From Negaprion brevirostris (lineage: Eukaryota): a stretch of 64,000 bases of DNA. The notes under the pieces are model-generated. The model worked only from the letters and a program-made list of their open reading frames with translations. It was not told the origin of the DNA and ran no database searches. The position numbers and the translations under genes were made by a program. Positions 12,001 through 27,000 of this stretch are shown here, piece by piece; within the stretch, counting starts at the first letter, position 1, and every line of letters starts with the position of its first letter. The stretch spans positions 53,032,666 through 53,096,665 of the forward strand of contig JARDVH010000084.1 in assembly GCA_030324005.1 (NCBI GenBank), written 5' to 3'.

Positions 12001-15000
12001 AATGATGTCTCACAATTCCATCAAAACTCGGGTCTGAATCCCATCATGGCAGATGGTGAAATCTGAATTCAGTAAAAATCTGCACTGGTGTGACTTTACA
12101 TTTTAATCTGCAAATGACAGAAAACATTTTTCAAAATCGATCTCTAATCTTACCGTTGTATTTTCCACAATGAGTTCTCCTGACTGCATCAACATGTACT
12201 TTCTTGGTGTGTCATGCAGGTTTGTGCCATCTTTCTGCCAAGTAAGCACTGGTTCAGGAACACCATCAGCAGTGCATGGCAAAGTTCCCTGAGATTCTTC
12301 AATCACAGTGTATTCGGTGTCTGCAGTGCGGATAGTTGGTGGGACTGTACAAGGCAGATTGAGTAAATAAATACAATTTATTGCTTGCTCACAGCAGCAG
12401 GTACAAATCATGAACTCAGCACATGGAATATACTGGGTGAAAATCATTGTGGTATGTATGTTGGATCTCCAAATCTTTGATACCTTTCTCACATATAGTT
12501 TGTTTTCTTTTATTTCATAGAAGTCTATACTTTTCACCAAGCCTGAAGGAAGCGCAGTTAGGTGAATAGTACTGTATTAATATCATTTTCTGACCGCGAG
12601 TTGGAGACAGAAAACTAAGCAGTTTGTCTTCCACTTTCATTCCTTGCTTTTTTGCAAGTGTTTTGCTTTTCCTAGTGTCTCCCTCCTTGGCATCATGCTT
12701 GCGATCTCTAACTCTATGATGCAAGCCTATATCCACATCAACTTGTAATATGGAACCACCTGAGCTAATAATTCTGAAATAGCGGTGAATAAATTGCAAG
12801 ACCTCCTGATTGGAGTTGATCTGAGGCACAACCAAGGTTCTCCATCATGTCTTGCTTCCACACAAGTTGCTTGTGCATTTCAAGCAGCAGAGAAGGACAA
12901 AGATCCAGTGGCTCCAGGGCTGACCCCAGCCATGTAGGCAAGGTGAAGGGAAGGTGGAAGAAGAAGGAATCCTCAGAGAACTCCTCGGAGAGATTGGCAT
13001 TGGGTTGGTCAATTTTTGTGGGGTTGAGGAGGAGGACTCATGTTCCTGTTATGAGAATGGAAATTGCTTCTTAAGTTATTTGTTTTTGGTTGGCTTGGCC
13101 AGCCTACAGTGATTTCTTCAAGGAGTGCTAGTTAGGTCATTCACAACGATAGAGCTTGCATGCTGCACAATCTGCACATTATGTATGAAAATTGCAGCAG
13201 TGATCCATTGATGTCATTAGATCTTCAAGGACCCCCATGAACAATCATAACGGTTCTGGTGTGCTTGGGAACAAAGTGTTAAGATTCTGCTTTTCTACTT
13301 TCCTTGCTTCACTGCTTCATTCATGCCTGAAAACTGCCACAACAAATTGGTCCAGGTGTTTCTTTTAACCTAATTTTATTAATAGTTGAAGAATTCTAAA
13401 TGCTCTAAAAGCAAAATATAATGTGGATAGCGGAACACAGAACAACACTCACTGTGAACAGTCAGAACCATGACTGAACTGCTGGAACCTGCAAGGTTAG
13501 ATGCTGTACATGTGTATCGTCCAGTGTCACTAGGTTGGACAAAGGCAATCTGTAGGGCACCAGTACTGAGGATCCTCTGACGAATGCTCTCGGTCACTTG
13601 TTCTCCATCTTTGTTCCAGGTGACTTCAGGAATTGGATAACCCTTGGCCTCACAGACCATGNNNNNNNNNNTCTTTGGATGGGGTTTTATAACTGGAGGC
13701 ACTTAAAAAAGAGAAAGTACTAACTTCAATTAAATTATAGAAATATTTAGGCACAGTACGCAAAATGTTATTATTGTACATTGCAGATTAGGCTCATCTA
13801 AATTTTGGGGTGGGGTGGGCAGTGAGCACATTTGCAATTTTTCTCATTTAAAGGGCAAATTTTGGAAGGATAAGGTTTGGCATGACACTGAACTGAATTT
13901 CTAAATGAATTGAGCTGTTAAAAAAAGATTGAATTCCTGGGCAAAGTAATGTCTCAACAATAAATTGTAAACGTTCAAAAAGTGTAATTAGTAAAGGTGT
14001 TTGAGGGTGAGAATGTTATGCCCACTCGCAGTCTCAGGATGCTTACTTATTCACTCTTACCCACTATAAGGTGTGTGCGAATCAGTGAGAAACCCCAGAC
14101 AGGGAGTATGGCAAAAGCTCACACTCTGTCATACTCACACACACACAAATACTCTCTCAATGCCACACGTGCANNNNNNNNNNCACACACTCTCTCTCTC
14201 TCTCTCTCTTAATCAAGCATGCACACTCTCACTATATTGCATGCAAGACGGCCTGCACACAAACACACACACGCTCTCTCTTAATCCCATGTGCGTGCTC
14301 ACTCTCTCTCAAACACACCACTTAGACACAGTCAATCCTGCCTGTGCACCCCCTTGTCCCATGTGCATTTATTCTCCATCCTGCTGCGCACACACATACA
14401 CACCCACTCCAATACGAACATTCAATTTTTTTCACTCATTCCTACCAGGCGCGCACNNNNNNNNNNGATTTGGCCATTTGCCTCTATCCTTGTAACCCTA
14501 TCTTTCCCACGTACCGGTCCATATGCTTTTTAAAAGACAAAATTGTACCCATCTCTGCTAATAACTTTGGCACCTGGTCCCAGGCACTCACTCCCGCTCA
14601 TGAACACATTCTCCACCCTATTGGGTATGTACACATACTGTCCCGTGCACATTCTCTCACCTGCACACATACTGAATCCCCTGCATGCGCACTCTTTCTC
14701 ACTCCCCCCGTGCGCACACACTCATTCACTCACTCTCACATGCGCACACATTTCTCTCTCCCACACGTACACACAATCTCCCTCTCCAGTGCACCCTCGT
14801 GTGCACCCATGCACCCCTTCCTATCGCTCACCCTCTCCATCTCTTTCATTTACGTACCCCCTCACCTCCTCTCTCTTTTTCTCAAGTGTGCCCATCCATT
14901 GTCTTCCCCTCTCGTGTGTGCTTGCACACCCCCTTCCTTTCTCAAGTGTGCCCTCTCTTGCCCAGGCACTCCTTTCCTCATGTATGCCAACTCTCTCTTG

Positions 15001-18000
15001 TGTCTGCAACCTTTGTCTCAAGCTCTATCGCTTGCCTCCATGCCTCTTCGCTTGCTCTTGTGCGCCCAGCTTTATCTTCACCCGCTTTTATATATTCCCT
15101 CCTGCTCTCTTGCCACCTTCTGTGTGCCCTCTCTTGATCTTGGCATGTGTGTCTAGGCGCATTCTGACTGTTCTTTCAAAAAATGTGACACAATGTTATA
15201 TGTTTCTAGAACAATTAACAAAGGAGAGACTTGTATTTATGGAGGTCATTTTCATATTGTTCAGACACATTCTAAATATTTTGAAATTCAGTCAGTCATC
15301 GTTATATGCAACATTAGAAATATACTATTGATCAGATAACTTTGGTTAGAATTGTAGAATGGTTAAAGTGCTGAAATGGGCCTCTTGAGCCTGTGTGGGC
15401 TTGCTACAAGAGGAGCTTAACTAGTCCCACTCCCTGCCTTTTCCTGCAATTTGTTTCCCACCAGCCACATAATTCCCTTTTGAAAGCCTTGGTTGAGTCT
15501 GCCTTCACCACACTCTCAGGCAGTGCATTCCAGATCGTAACTATTCACTGTGTAAAATCATGTTCCTTGTGTCGCTTGTGATTCATTTATCAATCACTCC
15601 ACATCACTGTCCTCTGGTTTTTGATCTGTTCATGAGTGGGACCCTTTCTCCTCATCTATACTGTTTAGGGTTCTCATAATTTTGAATATCCCTGTCAAAT
15701 CTCCCTTTTCATCCGCAGTTTCTCCAATCTACTCCTGCAGCTGAAGTCCTGCCTAGCTGGAATACTATTCGCTAATCAAAGTTTGTGCCTGAGGAAACCA
15801 TATAGTATGTCCCACTGTTCAAGTCTGTTTGGCTCTCAGTTTGATTTTCCCTCATCCCAAGATTTGCATGCTCAGAGAACACTACACTTTTTCCACAGCT
15901 GCTGTGTGTCACTACAAAGAGAGCGTCAAAAACAAACACTAACACAAATAATCACCAAAGAAAATTAATAAAAACATTACTTTTGATTTTAATACTTTTA
16001 AAAATGTTACAGATATCTTTTGAGGTACCCTGCCACTTCTCAAAATAAGCCACCTTAATAATTACATTTTTTGTAACTTACCCTGCACTCTCAGTTTTAT
16101 TTTTCCCAAAGCTGTGCCAGTTGGGTTCTGTGCAACGCATATGTATGTTCCAGAATCCTTTACTGCAGCACGAGTAATCTGAAGACCTCCATTGGGTAGA
16201 ACGGTGTAATCTCCTCCTGTATAAACAAAAGAATTGAGGCTTTATCCTGAATAGCACTGAATTACAACACAAAGAAAATAAATTGAGCTTAGATTTGTGG
16301 AGAAATGTTACCAAAGCATTGACTTTATTGACTCTGGAACTATTATTTAAGATAGAAACATGAAAACCCTACAGTGCAAAAGGAGGCCATTTGACCCATC
16401 GAGTCTGCACCGACCACAATCTCACCAAGCCCCTTTTCCTGTAGCCCCATTTATTTACCCTGCTAGTCCCCTTGACACTAAGAGTCAATTTAGCATGGCA
16501 ATCAACCTAACCCCTATATCTTTGGACTGTGGAGGAAACCAGAGCACCCGGAGGAAACCCATGCAGACTCGAGGAGAATGTGCAAACGCCATACAGTGAC
16601 CCAAGATGGGAAATGGAACCTGGGTCGCTGATGCTGTGAGGCAGTAGTGCTAACCATTGTGCTACTGGGCCACTCTGAAAGATGAAAGGAAACATATCTA
16701 ACTCTATTAGAAATGTGGTATAATGTTTACCTGATACAGCCAATCTGCTGAATATTCTCAGAATTCTTAGATGTATTTTTGGAATGACAAATGTTCTGAC
16801 CATTTTACCTGCTGTGTAAATGCTGATGCCCTCCTTCTGCCAAGTAATAGTGGGGCTTGGTGTGCCAGTAGCCTCACATGGAAGAATAATGGGATTATTC
16901 AAAATCACATCCAGATTGCCAGGCTGAGTTTGAATGAGAGGAGGTTCTGGGTGGTAAATAGAATTACAATTAAAAACACCACAAAATTAGTAATCTAATC
17001 TTTTTTTTAAACCGCAAAGCCTTGATATAAAGCACTTTCATATCCTAATGTTCATAGTTATCCTATGATCTGTTCTGATCAAAAATCATTGTGCTACATG
17101 GTGTATGATCCATAAATGCAGGTACAACCTTTGGAAATTGCTGCCATATTAAACACAAAAGTGCTTCAAAGTAAAATATGGAGTTGTCCAAAACCATTTT
17201 CCAAAACTGAGTTTTGAAAGTTAGCTAAATGTGAGTATGGTTATGATTCAAGCACTCTGGGATAAAAATCTTCGGCTCTTCTGGCACAATCCTGATGTGA
17301 ATCTAGAGGAAGGGGTACCAATCAGGACAACAAAGTAACAAGGTTGCATCCTGGGAGGAAGTGCTGGTGGGTGCAGGTTAGTGGTGTATCTGAGCATAGA
17401 ACATAGAACATTACAGTGCAGAACAGGCCCTTCGGCCCACGATGTTGCGCCGACCAGTTTTTTTTAAAAAAAAACACACTGACCCACTAATCTAAACCAA
17501 TCCCTTTTCGTCCATAAACCTATCCACAGATCTCTTAAACGCCCCCAAACTANNNNNNNNNNNNNNNNNNNNNNNNNNNNNNNNNNNNNNNNNNNNNNNN
17601 NNNNNNNNNNNNNNNNNNNNNNNNNNNNNNNNNNNNNNNNNNNNNNNNNNNNTCTTATGAATCATGAATTTGCTCAATTTATGTAAAATAGGTGATCATT
17701 CTTGACCCCAAATACATTGGTAGGATCACTGCTGTTACTCGTTGTTTGGCAGTTCCTGGAATTTACACTAGAATCAAAGGTCTATGGGTTTTCAGAGCTT
17801 ATATGGTTTGTTCCAGTTAAAACAATGAGTTTAAACAGCCCACATTCAGCTACTAAGAGACATTTCCTGTATCTATCTGTTCATTATTTGTGAAATAATA
17901 AAAATTCTACTTGAAACAGCTTTTGCTGTGAGAATTAAAGAGCAATTTAGGAGGGGAAAATGGAATTTGCATAAAAAAACCAGTATAATTTTCAAAGCCT

Positions 18001-21000
18001 TCAAGTGAAGTTTTGATTTTTGTTTTCAGAAACAACGAAAGAGGCCAAAGTCTGTTTCCAAGACACCAAAGTATAAGAGACAACAATTAAATTATGAAAT
18101 AGGATTCATATGATGCCAAAACAAAGAAAGGATCAAGATTTTGAGAGATAAGTTTTGAGATTCTGGGAAAATTTGAGATTAAAATATTGTGTGAATTCTT
18201 GATTTTAAGCATTAAGATTTAGGAAGCTGTATGTGTGTGTGTGAATGCTGAAAAGGAGTCAGAAAGGAAGTTTAGAGGAGCAGCAACTACAAATAAAGAC
18301 AGCATTGTTTAAATAAAGACAAGTTGAGGTTGGGAAATGAGAGAGGAATAACTATCAAATGGCAAGCTTTTACAGGATGTGGAGATGCCGATGTTGGACG
18401 GGGGTGGGCACGGTGAGAAGTCTCACAACACCAGGTTAAAGTCCAACAGGTTTATTTCGTATCACGAGCTTTCAGAGTGCTGTGCTTTCATCACTCACCT
18501 GAAGAAGGAGTAGCACTCTGAAAGCTCGTGATTCCAAATAAACCTGTTGAACTTTAACCTGGTGTTGTGAAGCTTTTACAGGAACATGAACATGTTTGGA
18601 CAGTCACTATGGGTTTGGGGAAATAAACATTCAAGTTTTAGTTAAACATTGTTGACCATAAGAAAACATGTACTTGGCATAAAAGAGAAAACTGGGCCTC
18701 TTGGAGTCAGCTCAGTGCAAGTTCTAATTGAAGCCAAAGATGAGGCTCGGAATCCAAAGATCAGAGGAGATGATTATTTTTCATTACAACTTGCCAGACT
18801 TGACTAAGCTTTATTTTTAAAGTGAGAAACAAAACCTTAATTTCCCCACTGGAGAAGATACAAATCACCTCATGACAAAAGGTTTGGATGCTCTGTGCAT
18901 TGGAGATGGGCAATCTACAAGAAATCAATCAATGTAAAGTGAAATGATCAAGAATTGACCAGGTATGGTTGGGTAACGACTGTAATTAGGTAAACAATTT
19001 GAAGAAAATGATAAAGAGGGTAAAGCCTAGGGAAATCCTTCATCCAGCGGAGAAAAGGTGTTAGAGAATCAACTGTCACCTGAAGAATAAGCTGATATGA
19101 ATGAAAACAGCTGTGCAATTTACAAAGCCTTGGTGAGAAACTACATATCACAGAATATAAAATGTTAATAGCTATTACGCTAATGGCTGATATGCAAACC
19201 AGTGATGTCAGGTCACATGTCTCTCAAATTCAGTGATGCCTTTGGAAGGAGCCTGGTGCCTTTCTGTCCCTGTACATACTTGTATATAGGTAATAAATGT
19301 TTGGAGATTCCAGGATGCGTAATTTTCAGTAATCTCTGTTAGCGTATCTTGGGGCCGTTCTTTGATGATGCTTCATAGTGGCACCAGTAAACTAACCGAA
19401 TTTGCAAGAATCCTTAATGAAAATGCAAATGACGTGAAAGTGAAAGCCATTGAGAATTCAGCAGCAAGGGAACAATTGTAGCTAAGAATCAGAAGGAAAA
19501 GCACCAAATTAGTCCCAAGACAGTTGATGAAAGTCATGGACAGAAGTCCTACCTCTTCCTGACTTCTCTAACCACATGGAAGGCACCAGCCAAACTGCAC
19601 ACTGGCATTGCAGATTTAACAGGTAAATGACTGCTTCAGGGTTAACTCAGAAGCCTGATAAAGAGCAAATTAGTATACTCATCTATTCCACTGAAATCAG
19701 TGTAGATGACATTCTATTAACACAGTGTGTTAATGAGAAAACACAAACCTGCAAGGAGGTTGTTAAGGCCTTCATTACATATTACAGTCTTTAGAAACAT
19801 CATTATAAAACTGGGTGAGATTTAACAGTCTCCTTCAAGACTCAAAGAAAGTATTGATTCTTTCATTAATGGCCTGTATTTTTTGGCTGGTAGTTGTGAG
19901 CATGCGGCTCTAAAGGAGGAATTCATCCAAAACAGTAGAGCAATGGGTGTCCTTGACAAAAGCTTATCTGACTTCTTGCAATTTTTGTCCAAAGAAGAAT
20001 TAACATTATCCAAAGCAGTTCAATTAGTGAGACAGGCTGAGCTTCAGAAACAGAATGGAATTTTAATCTGGGGTGATGAAGAACCTTCCTGGAGTCAAAC
20101 CACTGACTAAGGCCAGTCTGTGAGCAATAGGGGTACCAGCACACCAACTAAAAGCAGACCTAGAATGAAGAGAGGGCACTACTTTCCAGTGCTTCTGTTG
20201 GGCTGTAAAGAATGCTGCACCATACATGTCATTCCTGCCAAGGGCCGGGATGTTTAACAGCAGCATGCTACAACGGAAAGCCTCCTACTCAAAAATTTAA
20301 AGGGAGACAAATTAGATCGATAGAATCCAGGAAGTAAAAAAATGCAACAGAACATAGTGCATTTCTTGGGTGAGGTTGCAGAATCCAAGGAGATTTTTTG
20401 GAGTGCAGATATCAGAGTCAATGGCCATGGAACCAATTTTATGTCGGACATGGAGCAGCAATGTCCATTCTTTCTGGTACGGTACTGTAGCTGAAGCCTG
20501 AATTTCCTCAACCATCTATAATTTAACTTCACAGTCCAGGAGGAACCCATCTCAAGGTACAAGGCAGATGACTGCCACATTTTGAGGTAATGGAAGATAA
20601 CTTATCGACACTTTCTACATTATTTACAATTAAGAGAGTTCTGTATAAGCCGGAAATGCTCATATAGCTTGTCAGCTTCTTTATTGACCAGTCGCAGGGC
20701 AAACCCATGTTAGCCTGGAACAGTTTGAACTAGTCGTCACACAGAAAGCTCTACCTATGCAACCACAGAAGGACATTCTGGATCTTTCATTACTGTTTGA
20801 GGAGAGGTTGGATGAAGAAAAGACAAGACCACTATTGGCAACAGTGATCAGCCACANNNNNNNNNTCTGGACATTACATTACCAAGAAAGAGTGGACGGT
20901 AACCACTAATGAGTGTGACCAAACTATTACTGAGGAATGTGACTGCCAATCCCTTTGACTATTTTGGGAAAGAGCACCAATGACATAACACACCCTTACT

Positions 21001-24000
21001 TTCATGAAGGAAAACCAGGAGCAGAAGCTCTGACAATGACCAGTGAAACAAATGTAGAACATAAAGGTGCCTCCCCAAACTCTGAGGTCAAGGAGAAGAG
21101 GAAGTGACTGAAACTGCTGATATATTAGCTACTGATCTCACACACAATTCAGAGATACAAGAAAGTGTAACTTCTCTGAATCTGATAGAGGTAGCAGTAC
21201 AAAAAACCTGACCCATCCCAAGGTGACATTCTGTTCTATTCCAGATGTTGCTTTGATTGCTGAAGCTCTCAAAATAATAATAGCTAGTGAACAACAAACT
21301 CAAACGACATGAAAACATGAAAGCAAAGGGTATACAGGCCAAATAACTGCAAGCAGAAAGGCAAACCCAATACAATAATTTTAACTCTTTTATTTGTTCA
21401 TGAGATTTACTTTTGAATTAAACATTGGGAGTGTACAACAGTTCATTCGGGGTACAGGAATCATTGAATGTACTTAAGCAATAGATCATTTGGCCAGGAA
21501 ATGAAATTGTGGGATCAGAAGATGGCAGACCCCTACATGTACAAATTTTAATGGAAGCTGACTAAGAAAGAGCAACTTGCAGCATGACCTCAAAAGGAAG
21601 TATAAAATAGAAGAAGAAAAAGAGAATGTTTGTTCACCATCTTTATGCTATTTACCAGAAACACAAATCTCTATCTTGCGATTCAGTTATGTTCCAAAAA
21701 GAATATTGAGAACATAGATCTTATATGTCCTTTTAAGAGAGCCAAGAACATAGTTAGAGAAACATGCCACTGTGCAAGAGACTATGAGGAGGGTGGTGGC
21801 GGGGGTGGGGGCGTAAAGAGAGAAAGAGAGAGCATGGAGGGGAAAGAAGAGTGTATAAATTGTTTCATGAGAAGAATGAAAGTCCTGGGGGGGGCAGATA
21901 TAGTGGACGTAATATAAAAGAACAATAGCTATTCTGCATCTTTGGTGATGTCAGATTACATGTCTCTGGAAGGAGGACTGGAAGGTCTCGATGACATTAT
22001 TGTTACTAGAGAGGTGGTGCTCAGCAGACTGGAGGGACTGATTGTGGACANNNNNNNNNNNNNNNNNNNNNNNNNNNNNNNNNNNNNNNNNNNNNNNNNN
22101 NNNNNNNNNNNNNNNNNNNNNNNNNNNNNNNNNNNNNNNNNNNNNNNNNNTTGAATGGCGGGGCAGGCTCGAAGGGCTGGATGGCCTACTCCTGCTCCTA
22201 TTTCTTATGTTCTTATGTTCTTATAAGTCAGAGTGGTGCGTCTGGAAAGAACCTCATGCTTATTTGGTCTTGTACATAGTTGCATATAATTAATAAGCAT
22301 TTGGAAGTTCCTGGATGCTTTGTTTTCAGTGGTGTCTGGTAACACATCCTGTGACCGTCTCTGATGATGCTTCATGCCAGATCCAACCAAAAGTATTCAA
22401 AATAAGCTAATTCAATAAGCAGAGTTCTAGAGGTGTGCTTGGAGATCATCAAGGAAACAGTTAATGCTCAACAGCATACTGGCAATCATGCATCTGCGTA
22501 GAATGTTCAAGAGGGATAGTTGGGTAATTCTCTCCGTTAATGAGCCGACTGATGTCAAAATATTCATATCAGCGAAGAAAACCTTTTTTGTTCCTAATGC
22601 AGTATGCTACATGTTACTGACTTGGTGTTCCTTGAACCACTTACATTCTGTCCTGTTATTTGAACAATTAAATGATTTGGCATGATTATGGTACTGTGCA
22701 AGGAAAAACAAATGAACAAACTTTATTTATCTCTTGCACCAAATTACAAATTATTCCTAATAACTTGAAATAAATATAAAATTACTGAGTGCCTACCTTG
22801 TACTCTGAGGTTGACTTGCCTGCGTGCAGTGCCAGCAGCATTCTTTGCAATACATGCGTACCTTCCTGTATGACTGAGCTTGGCAGTGCTGATATCGATA
22901 GTTCCTGAATTAATGAGAAGTTGCAGCAAAATGGTAAGTTGACAACTCCGATAACTAGTTTCTGTATTTATTTATCATGTGACAAGTAAACCATATTGAC
23001 ATCCCTGTTTTGCAGAGAGTACTAAAAAACTAACGTAGTAACTAAAACACATTTAAATTTCCTGCAAATAGTTGGAAAGTAAAAAATATCTTCCAGTAGG
23101 CTGTTTGATTTCTTTCTTCTAATTGTTTCTGTTCATGAACTATTAGGTCTGCAATGAAAATTTCCTCTACTTGCATGTCATACAATGTCCTCAACTTACT
23201 GATTAGCAAGACAATACAACACTAATAGTGATACATTGGTACAGTCACTGTTAGATAGGGTCTGTGTAGAGAGATCAGCATATATAAACTTGAATTCTGT
23301 GTAGTGACTTAGTATGCAGATTAAATTAAAGGCCCCACATTTTAAAGATATAGAAGTGTGTTGAAGCAAGTACACAGAACACTGGAAATTTGAAAGAGAG
23401 AAATACAAGCTGTTCAGCATCTGAAAGAAAGAAGATAGGTTAATATTTATCAGTTCTGATAAATGTTAAGTCATTTTTCTCTTTAGATAACTGCTAGACT
23501 TGCTGTGTATCTACAGAAATTCGATTTCCTCTAGGAATGTATTTTACTAAATGCTATTACCTGTGGAGAGAATACGGTAGCCTTCCCCTCGAGGTGGCAG
23601 TTTGACTCCATTCTTGATCCAGTGAATTGTTGGTTCTGGGACACCAGAGGCAGTGCATGTAATAACAGCTGATGACAACTTTGTTACCAACAGGTCGGTA
23701 GCTTCATCAGCAATTGAAGGGGGAACTAAACAGGAAAAAAAATTGAAATGGAACAAACAGGTCAGAGCCAGGACACTCTATAATCAATTTATTCATAAAG
23801 TTATAGAAATGCACAGAATAAGATGCTGCCATTTGAACCACTGGGTAGGTACAGCCAAGAAAAAGGTACCTAGCCTTTTAACTTTCCAGTTCTTGGTCCA
23901 TATCCCTGTATCTACAATATTATGATGCATATCCATGTACTTTTTAAGCACGATGAATGTTTCTGCCTCTACCACCCCCCCTGCACAGTAAGTTTCACAC

Positions 24001-27000
24001 TGAGTTTGTGAGGTTAGGCACTTTGGAAGGAGGAATGGAGGCATAGACTATTTTCTAAATTGGAAAATGCTCAGGAAATCAGAAATACAAAGGGACTTGG
24101 GCGTCCTTGTTTAAGATTCTCTTAAGGTTAGTGTGCAGGTTCAGTCGGCATTTAGGAAGGCAAATGCAATGTTAGCATTCATGTTGAGAGGGCTAGAATA
24201 CAAGTGCAGGGATGTACTTCTGAGGCTGTTATATGGCTCTGGTCAGACCCCATTGGGAGTATTGTGAACAGCTTCGGGCCCTGTATCTAAGGAAGGATGC
24301 GCTGGTCTTGGAAAGAGTCCAGAGGAGATTCACAAGAATGATCCCTGGAATGAAGAACTTGTCGTATGAGGAATGGCTGAGGATTCTGGGTCTGTACTTG
24401 TGGAGGTTGGGGGGAGTGGGGGGATCCTGTTGAAACTTACAGAATACTGCGAAGTCTGGATAGATTGGAGACAGAGAAGATGTTTCCACTAGTAGGAAAA
24501 ACTAGAACCAGAGGCTACAATCACAGGCTAAAGGGACAATCCTTTAAAACAGAGATGAGGAAGAACTGCTTCAGCCAAAGAGTGGTGAATCTGTGGAACA
24601 CTTTGCTGCAGAAGGCTGTGGAGGCCAGGTCATTGAGTACCTTGATTAATAAGGGAATCAGGGGTTATGGGGAAAATCCAGATCAGGAGAATGGGGATGA
24701 GAAAAATATCAGCCATGATTGAATGGCGGAGTGGACTTGATGGGCCGAGTGGCCCAGTTCTGCTCTTATGTCTTATGGTCTTCCCTTCCTTAATTGTCAT
24801 TGTGATCACATCCTTTCTGTAAATAATGAGAACTGTGTCAAGGATCTGCCATCTTCATGGATGTATGAACCACATACCCCAAGGTCACTCTGCTCCTCTA
24901 CACTTGCCAGTATGTTACCATTTATTATGTATTTCCTTGCTTTGTTTGTCCTGCACCACGGAGAACCAATTATTGGCAGACTGCCAGTGCATAGTGACTT
25001 ACCTTTGCTTTAAATCCAAAACATCTGTCATATCTGCCCACTTAACCTGTGCATCTTCGTACTGTGGGAGGAAACTGAAGCACCTGGATGAAACCCACAC
25101 AGATGTGGGGAGAACATGCAAACTCCACTCAGTCATCCAAGACCAAATTCAAACCCCGGTCTCTGATACTGTAAGGCAGCTGTGCTAACCAGTGCTTTTA
25201 CTCCTTCTAACTCTTTCAGAATAACTATGAGCATAAATTTGGCACTATCCAAAGTTAGCAATTTAAATCACTTTGTTGGATGGTTCTCAGACCAGTGCAA
25301 TTATCCAGCAGAATTTAATCCTTCTTGACAATTTCTGGGTAAATCCTTACCAGGAAACTNNNNNNNNNNTGATGGACCCCAGCACATCTTTGGGGTACCC
25401 CAAAGTAAAATAATGTAGTATTGAGAAACATACAACTCATTCTTAATTTTTTTATTGATGTCAGCATTGAAATTTAGCAAGCATTTGGATAATACTGAGA
25501 ACATGCTGAACTAAGTCTCCCTTGAGCAGGAAGCAATATAAAACCAGTGGTATAATTCAAGTGTACCAGTCTTGCATTGCTCTTGGGGGGTTATTCCTCA
25601 AATCTATAGAGTAATGAGTTCCACACAAGTATATCATGGGCGCTTGTACATGCAAATCATTTTCGTAGCATCATAGAATCCCTACAGTGCAGAAGGAGGC
25701 ATTTGGCCCATCAAGTCTGAACCAATCCCACCCATGCCCTATTCCCATAACCCCACATACTTACCCTGCTAATCCTCTGACACTAGAGTCAATTTAGTAT
25801 AGCCAATCAATCTGTGGGAAGAAACCAGAGGAAACACATGCAGACACGGGGAGAATGTGTAAACTCCCCACAGACAGTGACTCAAGGTCAGAATTGAACC
25901 CGGGTCCCTGGTGCTGCGAGGCAGCAGTGCTAACCACTGTGCCGCCTGACATTTCACAGAATGGAATCCACTGATTTCCTTTAGTAAACTTGTCCACAGA
26001 TTATTTTTACACTTATCAAAGGAACGATCTGAGNNNNNNNNNNNNNNNNNNNNNNNNNNNNNNNNNNNNNNNNNNNNNNNNNNNNNNNNNNNNNNNNNNN
26101 NNNNNNNNNNNNNNNNNNNNNNNNNNNNNNNNNAGTACACCATACACCTTCTTGACCACATCCTCCACCTGCGAGGCCGATTTAAGAGTCCTATGGACCC
26201 GGACCCCAAGATCCTTCTGATCCTCAACACTGCTAAGACTCCTACCCTTTGTTATTTTGTTATTATTACAGCTGTGTTAAAATATTGCACAAAATAATAA
26301 AGCAAACAGCTCCCTGCAGGTATAATGTTGATAGTCAGGCGTGAAAGATAGAATTAGAGTCTAATTTTTACATACTTGTAAGCTTTTACTTACAGAAACA
26401 CATGACAAACATGCATCTCCAAACCCAACAACCACAATTAGCCAACTCCTATATGTAAGCATAAGTGAATTTCTGGTTAATGCCCAAGAACAATTATACA
26501 CTGAATTAATATACAATTAACATTTTGTCAGAGAAAACTGAACTATTGTGCCTTACAACATGAAGAATCCAACCCATCATAGTCTATCAATACCTACCTT
26601 GTACAGTAAGTCTGATAGCTCTTTGATCTTCTCCAGCATAATTAGACACTTTACACTCATAGTGTCCAGTGTCTTCTACAGTGGGTGAGATGATTACAAG
26701 AGAACCAGAGGAAAGCAGTCTGCAGGGAAAAACAAATCAGAAAATTAGCTCATTGCTATAGTTCTCCTTACTGGATTCTTGTTGCAAATTTGCTGATAAT
26801 CAAAATGAAGTCCTAAGCTTTTTAAACTATTTTTCCCTTCCCACAGGCCACTTAATACATTTAATTTTAGAAAACTACATAAAGGTCGTTTGTCTAGGGC
26901 AGTGTTATTTACCCTTTTGCTCAGGCTAACAATCTTACTCACTAACACAATACTTCCTTAATAACTGGCCGTGAAATGGTTAGCTCTTTTATTTGCAAAA

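Noticed and set aside
14073-15331. Longest ORFs in the track (270, 262, 150 and 140 aa)
   Set aside because: They overlap in several frames over a CA/CT low-complexity tract that lacks stop codons; the composition is H/T/L/S/P-rich with no domain.
17700-19140. Possible older Gypsy pol relic around the Penelope and Gypsy insertions
   Set aside because: Only faint motif resemblance; I could not support boundaries or domains by eye.
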